NCBI GenBank assembly: GCA_041739995.1
Contig: JBGSMV010000042.1
Span: 46,046 to 110,045, forward strand
Reading direction: 5' to 3'
Source: Bdellovibrionota bacterium
Lineage (GTDB): Bacteria > Bdellovibrionota_C > UBA2361 > JBGSMV01
DNA length: 64,000 nt
In this document: positions 1 through 9,552 of the stretch, piece after piece
Layout of the letters: every line of letters starts with the position of its first letter
Position numbering within the stretch: the stretch's first letter is position 1
Notes under the pieces: model-generated
The model's database searches: none
Told to the model about the DNA's origin: nothing
The model's input: the letters and a program-made list of their open reading frames with translations, nothing else
Made by a program: the position numbers and the translations under genes

Positions 1-1533
1 TCGTTTCGCGGGTTGCCGCCTCCTGGGTCACGCTACAAGGTGTACATCATCGATGAAGTACATATGTTTAGCACGGCAGCGTTCAACGCGCTGCTTAAGA
101 GTCTCGAAGAGCCTCCGCCAAATACGGTATTTATTCTGGCCACCACGGAAGCGCATAAGATCCCTGAGACAGTAATCTCTCGTTGCCAACGGCATGATTT
201 TAGAAGCCTTAGTCTCGATGATATCGAGACTCGCTTGCGCGAGATTGCGGGTGAGGAACGAATGCAGGTGGAGCCTGAGGCATTGCAGATGGTGGCGCGC
301 CTTAGTGATGGCTCCATGCGCGATGCGCAGTCGCTTCTCGAACGAGTCAACTCTTTTTGTGATGGGGCGATTTCGGCGGCGAATGCGAGTGTAGTTCTTG
401 GTACGGTGGAGCGAGCTATTCTTGCACGACTGTCGCAGGCCGTGCTGGGGCGAGAGGCTGGCGTTGCTCTTGATCTGATCGCTGAAGTCTTTTCAAAGGG
501 CGTCGATCCTTCACTGTTTTCGAAAGACCTCGCCACTCATTTTCGAGAGCTGTTGCTGGCGCGTTTCGGCGGTGATGCAGCGCTTCTAAGACTTGGATTA
601 GGCGAAGCCGATCGAGTCGAGCTGCTTCGTCAAGCAGGGAGTGTGAGCGAGCAAGATATTCAAGACCTCTCGCAGCTGGCGCGCCAAGGTTGTGATGCGG
701 CCGTGCGTAGTTTGTACCCTAAGTATGCACTTGAAGCCTTAGTGGTGCGTATGGCGACCAGGGAGCCTACGCTGGTACTAGCCCAAGTTCTCGCGTCGAT
801 TCAGCAGGGAAGAGTTCCTTCTGGCGGAGGTGCTGGTGGACGAGGGCCGCAAGAGAGCGGCGCAGGGCGTTCTGCAGCGGCAAGCGCTTCAGCGCTAACT
901 AATGTTCAAAGTGTGGCGGAGACAGGCGAGGCCTCCAGTAGCTTTCCTAGCGCGTCTTCGGTCGCTGGAGTAGAACCTGAGCCTCATCTTACGGCGGGAA
1001 AAGCGTCTCCGAGCAGCTCTTCGGTGGCGAGTGGAGCAGCCGTGCTTGTGGCGGGAGAGGCGAAGCCCCTCGACTGGCCAGCTTTTGTTGGTGAAGCGAG
1101 TTGCGCTCTTTCTCGCATCCTCGTCGAGCATCTTCGAAGGCTCTCTGTCGACAAATTTGTGATTGAATCTCGAAAGACTCGTGATGCTACGGGGGTGGCA
1201 ACTGAACAGCTTAACGGCGTACTTGAAGCTCGTGGAGCTTCATTCTCTGTTGGCTCTCTTCTCCAGGCTGAAGCGAAACGAAAGTTGCAAGAGGTATTGC
1301 ATAAGTTCTCAGGCGTAGCGCACTGGGCTATATCTTTAAAGAGTGTTGCGGCCAATGAGATTGCGCCTGCAGGAATGGAGCAAGGAGCCAGCCTGATTGA
1401 GAGTGAGCGTGCCGAGCAAAGGCGAAGCCGCGCTGCCAAAGAGAGTGATATATCGAACCATCCGCGGATAAGGGATTTGCAGAAAATATTTCCCGGAACC
1501 GAGATTGAAACGATAACCATGAAAGAGGAGTAA
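1..1533 (+). CDS. dnaX: DNA polymerase III gamma/tau subunit (5'-truncated by window edge)
   Basis: YKVYIIDEVHM, AFNALLKSLEEPP, FILATTE, TVISRCQ and GSMRDA clamp-loader motifs; dnaX-ybaB-recR synteny; frame open from base 1. Confidence 0.97.
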   Translation, partial: SFRGLPPPGSRYKVYIIDEVHMFSTAAFNALLKSLEEPPPNTVFILATTEAHKIPETVISRCQRHDFRSLSLDDIETRLREIAGEERMQVEPEALQMVARLSDGSMRDAQSLLERVNSFCDGAISAANASVVLGTVERAILARLSQAVLGREAGVALDLIAEVFSKGVDPSLFSKDLATHFRELLLARFGGDAALLRLGLGEADRVELLRQAGSVSEQDIQDLSQLARQGCDAAVRSLYPKYALEALVVRMATREPTLVLAQVLASIQQGRVPSGGGAGGRGPQESGAGRSAAASASALTNVQSVAETGEASSSFPSASSVAGVEPEPHLTAGKASPSSSSVASGAAVLVAGEAKPLDWPAFVGEASCALSRILVEHLRRLSVDKFVIESRKTRDATGVATEQLNGVLEARGASFSVGSLLQAEAKRKLQEVLHKFSGVAHWAISLKSVAANEIAPAGMEQGASLIESERAEQRRSRAAKESDISNHPRIRDLQKIFPGTEIETITMKEE

Positions 1534-1538
1534 GAAAG

Positions 1539-1874
1539 ATGGCGAAGGGTTTTTCGGGGATGCCCGGTAATATGCAAGGCTTGATGAAACAAGCACAGAA
1601 GATGCAGCAGGATCTGCAAAATATTCAAGCAGAAGCGGAGCAGTATGTCGCTGAGGGATCGGCCGGCGGAGGTGTCGTGCGGGCGTCAGCAAACGGGAAA
1701 AACGAAATTGTCTCTTTTACCATTGATCCACAGGTAGTGAATCCATCGGATGTTGAGATGTTGCAGGACCTTGTCCGCGCTGCGGCGAATGACGCACTTA
1801 CCAAAGTGCAGGAGAATTTAAAGCAGAAGATGTCTTCAGTCACCGGCGGGGTTGGCCTTCCTGGGCTCTTTTAG
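1539..1874 (+). CDS. ybaB: YbaB/EbfC nucleoid-associated protein
   Basis: MKQAQKMQ, GSAGGGVV, DVEMLQDLV motifs; AGGAG SD; lies between dnaX and recR. Confidence 0.95.
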   Translation: MAKGFSGMPGNMQGLMKQAQKMQQDLQNIQAEAEQYVAEGSAGGGVVRASANGKNEIVSFTIDPQVVNPSDVEMLQDLVRAAANDALTKVQENLKQKMSSVTGGVGLPGLF

Positions 1875-1895
1875 CTTTTCGAGCGTCGTAGTTCT

Positions 1896-2501
1896 ATGGC
1901 GTCATTTCCTCCGGCGATGATGAAGTTGGTGGCAGAGCTTTCAAAGCTGCCATCTATCGGTGAGAAGTCAGCAACTCGTTTGGCTTATCATCTTGTTTGT
2001 CGGCACCGCGAGCTTTGCCAGTCACTCTCGACGAGTCTGCAAGAAGCCTCGCGATTAGTGACTTTGTGCGAGAAATGTTTCTTCCTTAGCCAAGAGCCAC
2101 TTTGTTCCATCTGTAGAAATTCAAATCGCGATCAGTCGCTCTTATGCGTGGTGGAAAAGCCGATGGACGTCATTGCCATTGAGCGTGTCGGCGATTTCCG
2201 TGGTCTCTATCATGTGTTGCATGGACTTTGGGCTCCTCTCAGGGGACAGGGACCAGAGACAATGCGTCTTTCAGAGCTTGCAGAGCGATTAAAGGGAAAG
2301 ACAGTTACTGAGGTGATTATTGCCACCGGGGCGACAGTCGAAGGTGATGCGACAGCGCTCTATGTGGCCCGGATGATGAAAGAGTTTGGCGTTAAATCCA
2401 CCAGGCTTGCCCAGGGTATGCCTAAAGGTGGAGAGCTCGAGTATGCTGACGATGTGACCCTTTCGCGAGCGTTTTCAGGACGCAGTGAGATAGGGGGATA
2501 G
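1896..2501 (+). CDS. recR: Recombination mediator RecR
   Basis: LPSIGEKSATRLA HhH, C4 zinc finger (CEKC..CSIC), Toprim TVEGDATA and LEYADDVTL. Confidence 0.97.
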   Translation: MASFPPAMMKLVAELSKLPSIGEKSATRLAYHLVCRHRELCQSLSTSLQEASRLVTLCEKCFFLSQEPLCSICRNSNRDQSLLCVVEKPMDVIAIERVGDFRGLYHVLHGLWAPLRGQGPETMRLSELAERLKGKTVTEVIIATGATVEGDATALYVARMMKEFGVKSTRLAQGMPKGGELEYADDVTLSRAFSGRSEIGG

Positions 2502-2543
2502 CCGCCCCAAATTCTGCAGTAGCAGGCCATCCAAACGGCGGTA

Positions 2544-2572
2544 TTGACTTGATTTTCTGGTCAACGTAAGAA
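2544..2572 (+). promoter_or_regulatory. Candidate sigma70 promoter for tRNA-Asn
   Basis: TTGACT-N17-TAAGAA ending 24 nt before the tRNA; overlapped by CTTGATTT/AAATCAAG inverted repeat. Confidence 0.45.
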
Positions 2573-2596
2573 ATCAAGCTCTAGTAACGCCGAAGT

Positions 2597-2672
2597 TCCC
2601 CGGTAGCTCAGTTGGTAGAGCAGGTGGCTGTTAACCACCTTGTCGTAGGTTCGAGTCCTGCCCGGGGAGCCA
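2597..2672 (+). tRNA. tRNA-Asn(GTT)
   Basis: 76 nt cloverleaf: acceptor TCCCCGG/CCGGGGA, D arm AGCTCAGTTGGTAGAGC, anticodon stem GGTGG/CCACC with GTT at 2630-2632, GGTTCGAGTCC T arm, encoded CCA. Confidence 0.98.
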
Positions 2673-3086
2673 TTCTGTTTTTTACGCTTGGCGCTCTGGC
2701 CCAGGGGCTGTTGCCCCTCTCGCCCTAGTCGGGCGTTCACCCCGCTAGTTAGAACTTAGCCACCTGTAACGGTAACCAGCTTTGCGGCAGGACTCGAACC
2801 GTCTGCACGACCGACTGGTCGTGCAAACAAGACTGCGAGTCCTTCAGTGCCGTCAGGCACTGAAGTCCTGCCCGGGGAGCCATTCTGGTGTTTACGCTTG
2901 GCGCTCTGGCCCAGGGGCTGTTGCCCCACTCGCCCAAGTCGGGCGTTCACCCCACAAGTTAGGACTTCGCCACCTGTAACGGTAACCCGCTTTGCGGCAG
3001 GACTCGAACCGTCTGCACGACCGACTGGTCGTGCAAACAAGACTGCGAGTCCTTCAGTGCCGCCAGGCACTGAAGGACTGCCCGGG
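2654..3086 (+). repeat. tRNA-linked 210-bp tandem repeat (2 copies plus short remnant), each starting with the last 19 nt of the tRNA
   Basis: 2654-2863 vs 2864-3073 differ at 10 positions by manual alignment; AGTCCTGCCCGGGGAGCCA at 2654 and 2864; several internal hairpins. Confidence 0.95.
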
Positions 3087-3115
3087 CGTCAAACGCTTCA
3101 ATGTGAATAGAAATG

Positions 3116-5341
3116 CTATTGGATTAGCATCGGCCGCCGAACGGTCGCAGGGTCTGGAGATATTAAACGCTGCGGTAGAGGGACTCCGTTATCAACCGTT
3201 CCGCAGTCAAGACGAGCACGCACTCCTCCGCAGCCATACTGTGGTTCAATTGCTGAAGGTGGCCTGATGCAGCGTGGGTCTCCAAAGGGAAATTCGCAAT
3301 TCGGATTGTAGAGAGACATGCAGGCCTTTCCTTCGCGGATTACCTCAGGTCTTGGGGGATACCCATCTAGATTCAAGCCAGTGCCGATGAGAAGCAAGCA
3401 GGTGTTGTAGTCCGGTTGAGGTGGGCGCTGGGCGCAATTCTGAATAGCTGCAAAGGCAGGCATGTCAAAGCAGTCTTTCATCGCATCCCAGTGGCCTCCG
3501 CTTGGAGGGGTCGGTGGGTTCGGTTCACCAGAGCAGTTGATAGGGCAATCAGGAGGAGGATTCGGAAAGGAACAACGAAGCGCTCGCTGCCTGCACTCTC
3601 TCCAGTTCCTATGTTCCACCACAAACTCACCAGTCGCCTCGAGAAATGGCGTATATATACCGCGCATGATTACCCCTTCCGGGTTGGGGCTCGCTGGATT
3701 CTCGCAGGTGCCACCCTCGCTGCCGCAGGAGTTAGAGTTGGCATAGCGTTCAAATCTGAAGTCAAAAAGGTTCGCTCGAACGAAGCCAACCACTCGTGGT
3801 CGGGTAGAAGCAAAGGGTGGAAAGGAGCTTTGATCGGCGCCCTGAAATACTGAGGCGTAGTCACAGTACATTTCATTTTCAACGCCGTTCGAGCCCCGGG
3901 CGGTCGGTGAAATGACCATAATATTTACTGGGAGCGCTTTTCGTTGTGCGGGAGGGACGTTTCCATAGCCACGATGGGTGCACATCGGATTAGTAAAGGC
4001 GGGAAGCCCAGGCGCCGCAGGGGGAAATTCCTTCATTCGAAGTCTAATGTTTGAATTTACGTCTATGAAGTAGTTGCGTGCTGCGCTCTCTGGACGAAGG
4101 CGTGGAAAATTATCGATCGCATCTTCCCCTGATTCAATACTCATCACCTGTTGCAGCGGAGAGCCTCTTGAGATTAGTTTTTCGAATGCTTCAGTTGCTT
4201 TTGCCGCGTTCTCTTGAGAACTCAAGAATCCTCCTGCGAAGATCGAGTTCTCCAGCGGAATAAAATATTCTCCTAGCTTTGCGCGCACACCGCCGTTGTT
4301 GGCGATTTCGCCAAGCAGGCGGGCAAATTCGTTTCCTGCGATTGGATCATCTCTAGTGATTCCGTTAGAGGGCGGACGAAGTGATTCTGGCATACCCAAC
4401 ACACCAGAGAGTGGAAGTGCTCGGCGCGTTTTTCGATGATCGTAGGATGCTGCACGGACAATGCCCTCAGCTCTTTCATCGAACGGGGCCCAGACCTCCC
4501 CGGCAGGGCGAGGCCCAAGCGGGTCGGCTTCTGTAAAGGTGAGCTCTCGTATGCACTGCTTTCCTGGCACAAAATCCGCTGTATCAAATTGGTAATCCCC
4601 GGTGCCCAAGTCGCCGCTGGTCTCAAGCAGAAGGGCGCAAGCAGGAATTGCCAGCGGCACGACTGGGGCGCTTACGCTGGCGTCTGATACCGCTACGGCG
4701 GTTCTAGACATTGAGCCGAAAGTGGAGAGGCCCACAAAGTTTCCAAAGAATGCTCGTACGCCAGTGAGCTCAGCGGTCACTCGAACTGCATTGGCAATTA
4801 AGTGCACGGGGACATCGTAGCGCACCGGAATTGAACTATGAGGTACCCCACGATACACGACCGGTCTGTTCACAGTGGCGAGATACTGTCCGGTGTCTCC
4901 TCCGACACCCTCTAAAGAATTGAACTCCAGGCTTTCTCCGTCGGCCCAATATGCGCCTCGTTCTACGATGAATCGAATGGGGCCAAGCACCGCTTGGTTG
5001 GTGAGGTAGGGGTTCGGCTCGATTCCTCCCAGCGCAGCTTCAAATGGATCTTGCAGACCTTCGGAGGAAAATTCTAGTTCTCCGAGATCTGCCACGCCGA
5101 GCCCACTTAACTGCTGGCGTTTCAGCGCCTCGATGGTGAAGCGCTTTGATTGACCAAAACTCTCGACATCACCACCGAGTACTCGAGCACCGGCTAGAGC
5201 GGCGGCATCAGCGACACTTTGCGCCTGTCGCAGCATCGCGTGTACTCGCAAAATATCAATCGTAAGTGCAGCAAGTGCACCGAAAACGGCGAGAAATCCC
5301 ACCATCCAGACAATTGCAATACCAATTTCAGCTCTTCTCAT
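3116..5341 (-). CDS. TadG-like pilus tip/minor pilin with large Cys/Pro-rich C-terminal region
   Basis: EIG/IAIVWMV prepilin-like N-terminus, hydrophobic helix, AQSVADAAALAGA Tad motif; ATG at 5341 abuts upstream tadE stop. Confidence 0.8.
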   Translation of the reverse strand: MRRAEIGIAIVWMVGFLAVFGALAALTIDILRVHAMLRQAQSVADAAALAGARVLGGDVESFGQSKRFTIEALKRQQLSGLGVADLGELEFSSEGLQDPFEAALGGIEPNPYLTNQAVLGPIRFIVERGAYWADGESLEFNSLEGVGGDTGQYLATVNRPVVYRGVPHSSIPVRYDVPVHLIANAVRVTAELTGVRAFFGNFVGLSTFGSMSRTAVAVSDASVSAPVVPLAIPACALLLETSGDLGTGDYQFDTADFVPGKQCIRELTFTEADPLGPRPAGEVWAPFDERAEGIVRAASYDHRKTRRALPLSGVLGMPESLRPPSNGITRDDPIAGNEFARLLGEIANNGGVRAKLGEYFIPLENSIFAGGFLSSQENAAKATEAFEKLISRGSPLQQVMSIESGEDAIDNFPRLRPESAARNYFIDVNSNIRLRMKEFPPAAPGLPAFTNPMCTHRGYGNVPPAQRKALPVNIMVISPTARGSNGVENEMYCDYASVFQGADQSSFPPFASTRPRVVGFVRANLFDFRFERYANSNSCGSEGGTCENPASPNPEGVIMRGIYTPFLEATGEFVVEHRNWRECRQRALRCSFPNPPPDCPINCSGEPNPPTPPSGGHWDAMKDCFDMPAFAAIQNCAQRPPQPDYNTCLLLIGTGLNLDGYPPRPEVIREGKACMSLYNPNCEFPFGDPRCIRPPSAIEPQYGCGGVRARLDCGTVDNGVPLPQRLISPDPATVRRPMLIQ

Positions 5342-5342
5342 T

Positions 5343-5867
5343 TTAACAACCCAATGGATATCCACATAAAGCACTAGTGTCTTCGATTGGGGCTTTGGTC
5401 GACAGATTCAGTTCGAGGCCACCTACGAACAAGCAAAAAATACACGGAAACTGCACGCGAACCTCAGTAGCGAGCAGCGGATGAGAATGGTTCTCCAAAG
5501 GAGGAGAGAAGGATGTTCTATCGCACTCGAAGCCAGAGTCCAGAATTCTTATATTCTGTAAATTGGACGAGCTCCCTGTAACTCTTCTTACCTCACCTCT
5601 TATCTGGTGTGCGAGGCTGTATAGTTCATCTGAGTCCTCGCGGCGCTCTTCTGGTAGAAGAGCCGAACACGGCGCAGATGCAGCTCTCCGGGTCATGCGC
5701 GCTATTCCTTCGGAGAGTTCTCCGTAGCGTTGTAAACCAAAGGCAACGTCAATAAGGAATCCAGAAAGGAATAGCAGCACCACGCTCGAGAGCATGGATT
5801 CTACCAAAGTTGCACCACGCTCCCTGCCCATATTCGTATGCCTGTGTGAGGTTGTTCTCGCTAACAT
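5343..5867 (-). CDS. TadE-like pseudopilin
   Basis: RERG/ATLVES prepilin site with Glu+5, hydrophobic helix, C-terminal CIFC; ATG overlaps upstream stop. Confidence 0.75.
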   Translation of the reverse strand: MLARTTSHRHTNMGRERGATLVESMLSSVVLLFLSGFLIDVAFGLQRYGELSEGIARMTRRAASAPCSALLPEERREDSDELYSLAHQIRGEVRRVTGSSSNLQNIRILDSGFECDRTSFSPPLENHSHPLLATEVRVQFPCIFCLFVGGLELNLSTKAPIEDTSALCGYPLGC

Positions 5868-6517
5868 GCTCCCTCCACGGCAAACAGCGATCGACCGTTT
5901 GAGACTGCGGCTTTGAGGTAGTCTCCGAAGCAAAGTAGGCAGGTTCTCGCATCAAAAGAGCGACGAATATCGACTTGAATAGAGGGAAAGAGGCGGTCGG
6001 ACCCCTGAGCATCGCCGGGCACCTGAACATCACATACGCGTGCACTAACCTTCCAGTCGTCAAGATCCATGTCTGCTGAAGCGAGGCTAGCCGTGGCTTC
6101 CTTGAACGATAGGCAAGTTAAGGAATCTTGTTCATTCTCACATCCACCATTCGATTTCTCTCCGATTTCCCATGGAGAGGAACAAAGCGGCGTGGCCTTT
6201 TGTGGGGGACATCGGTAGGGCGTACGTGGATCGCCAGGCGGATAGAAGTCATCTTCAAAGGATATAATTGCAGCGGTTCGGGCAGCATTTCGGGATATGT
6301 CGCTGGCCTTTTCTGTTTGATGTAGCGCGATGCCGAAGTCTACGAGGGCGCCGATAAGAAAGAGCGCCAAGGGAAGAACGACCACGAGCTCAACAATCCC
6401 TGCCCCTGACTCAGAAGGGAAACGAGATGAAACTCTCGCTCGATTGACATTTGTATGTGCGGACAGCCCAAACTGCCGGCACAAAGCCAAGAAACCCATA
6501 CACTTAACCCGGTACAC
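5861..6517 (-). CDS. TadE-like pseudopilin
   Basis: ESG/AGIVELVVVLP..LVDFG..SRNAARTAA TadE motif; Cys-rich head; exact start uncertain. Confidence 0.8.
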   Translation of the reverse strand: MYRVKCMGFLALCRQFGLSAHTNVNRARVSSRFPSESGAGIVELVVVLPLALFLIGALVDFGIALHQTEKASDISRNAARTAAIISFEDDFYPPGDPRTPYRCPPQKATPLCSSPWEIGEKSNGGCENEQDSLTCLSFKEATASLASADMDLDDWKVSARVCDVQVPGDAQGSDRLFPSIQVDIRRSFDARTCLLCFGDYLKAAVSNGRSLFAVEGAC

Positions 6518-6742
6518 CCTAACCCGCGAGCGCTAAGCACTCACAAGACAACCACTACAAACAGTTATCACGCTTATTGAAGTCCAGGTGACGTGGGAAA
6601 TGAGGCTGGGGTGTCTCGGAGGCTGGCGGCGCTCAAAAAACTGCATAAAAACAGAGTCTTAACGATCTTGATGTGCATTCTAGGTGCAAGCTCGACATTC
6701 TCGCCAAAGTGGGAGCTGCGAGATTCATTTTCAGGGGAAAAT

Positions 6743-8014
6743 TTAGGGCGACACTTCGAGCGCTACGAGGACTTCGCGACCCTCGGTCGACACCAATACT
6801 CTCGATCCAGTGCTTGTGCCAATGTTTATGGTAGAGAGCCACGAGCGCGCGCTGCTATCGATGCTGCCTTGAGCGCGCGCGTTGTTTAACTTCTTAATTC
6901 CAGCAAGAAACTGAGATACGTCTTGTTCGGTAGCCCATAAAGTGCGCCACACTATCACCTGAGTCTTTCGCCCTTCGAATGAGTACCAGGCGACACGATC
7001 TGCTCTCCATCCTTTCGCTGCCAATATTGCTTGTTCGTGAGATAAAAAAGATCCGAGCGCGACGCGAATGGCATACTGACCCAGACTGTCTACGTGAGAA
7101 AGCTTCGCGCTCCCGAACATTGATGGCAAGCGGGGGGGATCGAGAGCTGGTGACCTTTCTGCGGAAGAAGCGTCTCTGTGAATAATTTCTCTAGTAGTGT
7201 GAGGAGGGTTAAGGAAGGCTCGGTCGAGCGCGGTTTGTCCACCAGCTTCTCTTAATCGTGCTACCCAGATTTTCCCGAATGTATAGGGGAAGAAGTTAAT
7301 GCTATCGAGGGCAGCAGAACTGGCGCAGATATCCTTAACTTTTTGAGATTCACTTTTCGGTGGAGCACCTTGAGCCGGATCTCTAAAAAGGGAACGAACC
7401 CACAATGCGTCTCCTTCTATAAGGGCAGCGACGGCAAGTGAGGAATCAAGCGAGGTGGCGTTTCTTCGAACAAGTGATTTCAGGTCAAAGTGCTGGTCGA
7501 GGAGCGCATGCATGACCTCGTGTGCGATAATGCTGTCAGGTGGAGATGTTTCTTCTCGGAGCATAATGCGCTTGTTCTGAGCATCATAGAACGCTTCAAT
7601 TCCTTGTGCGTCAGCGTTCGTTACGCACCTTTCGTACGGGTAGTTCTCGGGGATTATTGCGAGTCCACGGAAAAGAGCTCTTTCGAATGGAAGGCTATCT
7701 GACGAGCCAAGACTTAGGATGTGTTTGCGATACAGCTCAGAGAATTCGTGAGTGTTGGCGGCGACACAGTCGAGGGGCTGCAAGGCCTTTAATCCACGAA
7801 GTGCTTCAACCTTCGAAAGAATAGATGAGGCCCGGCTGCAAGGGGCAGGAATCGCTGCAGGTTGAGCCGACGCAGATTGAGCTAAGTAGCTCCAAGAAAG
7901 GACGAGCTGAATAAGAGCGAAGGCTAGCGTGGGGGGTAGTACCAGAGGTGAGGGAGTCGCTTTGGTGACCAGAGGCAGCGCTTGTTTGCAATTCTTCATA
8001 GTGTCTTCTTGCAT
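6743..8014 (-). CDS. Exported zincin-like metallopeptidase domain protein
   Basis: N-terminal hydrophobic signal; AFYD...IIAHEVMHALLDQHF (HExxH) followed by ALIEGDA third ligand; FPYTFG. Confidence 0.65.
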   Translation of the reverse strand: MQEDTMKNCKQALPLVTKATPSPLVLPPTLAFALIQLVLSWSYLAQSASAQPAAIPAPCSRASSILSKVEALRGLKALQPLDCVAANTHEFSELYRKHILSLGSSDSLPFERALFRGLAIIPENYPYERCVTNADAQGIEAFYDAQNKRIMLREETSPPDSIIAHEVMHALLDQHFDLKSLVRRNATSLDSSLAVAALIEGDALWVRSLFRDPAQGAPPKSESQKVKDICASSAALDSINFFPYTFGKIWVARLREAGGQTALDRAFLNPPHTTREIIHRDASSAERSPALDPPRLPSMFGSAKLSHVDSLGQYAIRVALGSFLSHEQAILAAKGWRADRVAWYSFEGRKTQVIVWRTLWATEQDVSQFLAGIKKLNNARAQGSIDSSARSWLSTINIGTSTGSRVLVSTEGREVLVALEVSP

Positions 8015-8340
8015 CGTTTGGGTGCGCGGTCACCACTTCCTGAAGGAAAGGTGCCGGGTTTTCTCTGAATACGTGCTTGCCAATCGATATAGCGGGAGTG
8101 TGCGCCTTTTTGGATAGGTTGCGGGGAGCGGCCGGCGGTATCGGGGTCTCTCGTGAACGTGAGGAAAGCCCTTGTTTCGAAACGGTTATCTATCGCTCAC
8201 GGGCAAAATCTTGATTGACTATTGGAGGAGGTGTTACAGAAAAAGTAGGAGCTAACGGTCTGGTAAAACGGAGGTGAATTGCCGCACACTTTGTCTCGTC
8301 CATCCTTACCCTTGCGCTAGCAACACGTATTATTTTTATT

Positions 8341-9417
8341 ATGACAAATAGAATCCGAAATATTTTCTTTTCCGCATTAACGCTTTCATTAATTCTTCCC
8401 GTTTGCTGTTTTGCCGAGTCGTTTCAAAGGAAATTCCGTCTAGGCTTCATAGCTCCGCTGTCTGGTCCCGCGCAGGTGTATGGCGACGCAGCGAAAAACG
8501 GCTTTGAGTTGGCACTGTCTGAGCTTGGGCGGGCCGAGCCTGGACGGGACTGGATCGAGGTAATTTACGAAGATGATGAATTTAAGCCCGCAAAAAGCGT
8601 CGCCGCATTTCATAAGCTAATCTCGACGGACAAAGTCGATGCCATTGTTTGCGTCGCTTCTACACCATGCAATGCAGTCGCGCCGCTAGCGCAACAGCGC
8701 GGCGTCCCGTTGGTCGCATGGGCAAGTGACACTAAAGTTTCAAGGAACCGCCCATTTGTTATTCGCTCTTACCCTAGCGGTGCTGATGAAGGCAGGGAAG
8801 TTGCAGAGGAAGCGATTAGGAGAAAGGCCGACAACGTCGCCGTAACTATCTCTACCAACGACTACAGTGAGTCGTGGCGACAAGGATTCATAGAGTGGTT
8901 TCCCGAAAACAAAATCTTGATGAATGAGGAGGTGCCTAACGATTCGAAGGACTTCCGCGCTATAATACTTCGCGCAGCAGCTCGAAAGGTATCACAGTTC
9001 GCTATTTGTTTGGACCCCGGACAAAGCGCTGCGTTTGCGAGACAAGCCGCCCAAGTGGTGCTCAATATGAAAATATTCGGATGCGAAAGTCTTCACGCTA
9101 CCTCAGAAATTGACGCTGCGGGTGGCGCACTTGATAGTGCATGGTTTGCGACGATTTCTGTGACCGATGAGTTTCATCGCAAGTATGTTGAGCGGTTCGG
9201 GAACGACAGTGTGATTTCCGCAGGTGCAAATCATTACGATCTCGCATATTTGTTACATAGTGCTTCGACTAGCGCCGGAACTGAGGATTTCATCTCGCGC
9301 TTGCTCACTGGCGCAGAGCACCAGGGGGCTGTGGGAAAGTTTCGCGTGGTTGAATCTGCTGGCGATCAGTATTTTGATGTTGAACTTCAGATAAAGGCGG
9401 CAAGGGTGGTTCGATAA
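8341..9417 (+). CDS. ABC transporter substrate-binding protein, Leu/Ile/Val-type
   Basis: signal peptide; LGFIAPLSGPAQVYG, IYEDDEFKP, ANHYD motifs; no permease genes adjacent. Confidence 0.85.
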   Translation: MTNRIRNIFFSALTLSLILPVCCFAESFQRKFRLGFIAPLSGPAQVYGDAAKNGFELALSELGRAEPGRDWIEVIYEDDEFKPAKSVAAFHKLISTDKVDAIVCVASTPCNAVAPLAQQRGVPLVAWASDTKVSRNRPFVIRSYPSGADEGREVAEEAIRRKADNVAVTISTNDYSESWRQGFIEWFPENKILMNEEVPNDSKDFRAIILRAAARKVSQFAICLDPGQSAAFARQAAQVVLNMKIFGCESLHATSEIDAAGGALDSAWFATISVTDEFHRKYVERFGNDSVISAGANHYDLAYLLHSASTSAGTEDFISRLLTGAEHQGAVGKFRVVESAGDQYFDVELQIKAARVVR

Positions 9418-9552
9418 AATCTAACTCCATGAGAAAGCTCGCGTTCCTGCCTGCCCGATTGCCTCTTGTTCGTATCCCTGTGTCCGTCCGACAATAATCA
9501 TCCAGGGGATACTTTTTGATGTGCGCTAAGCTTTTTGGTAGGTGGGTGTTCA

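Noticed and set aside
2864..2882. Duplicated tRNA 3' end as attR of an integrated island
   Set aside because: Only 210 bp from the tRNA, part of a whole-unit tandem duplication, and no integrase nearby
2749..3267. Short ORFs in the tRNA-linked repeat
   Set aside because: They arise in several frames from the repeat itself and show no recognisable motif or SD
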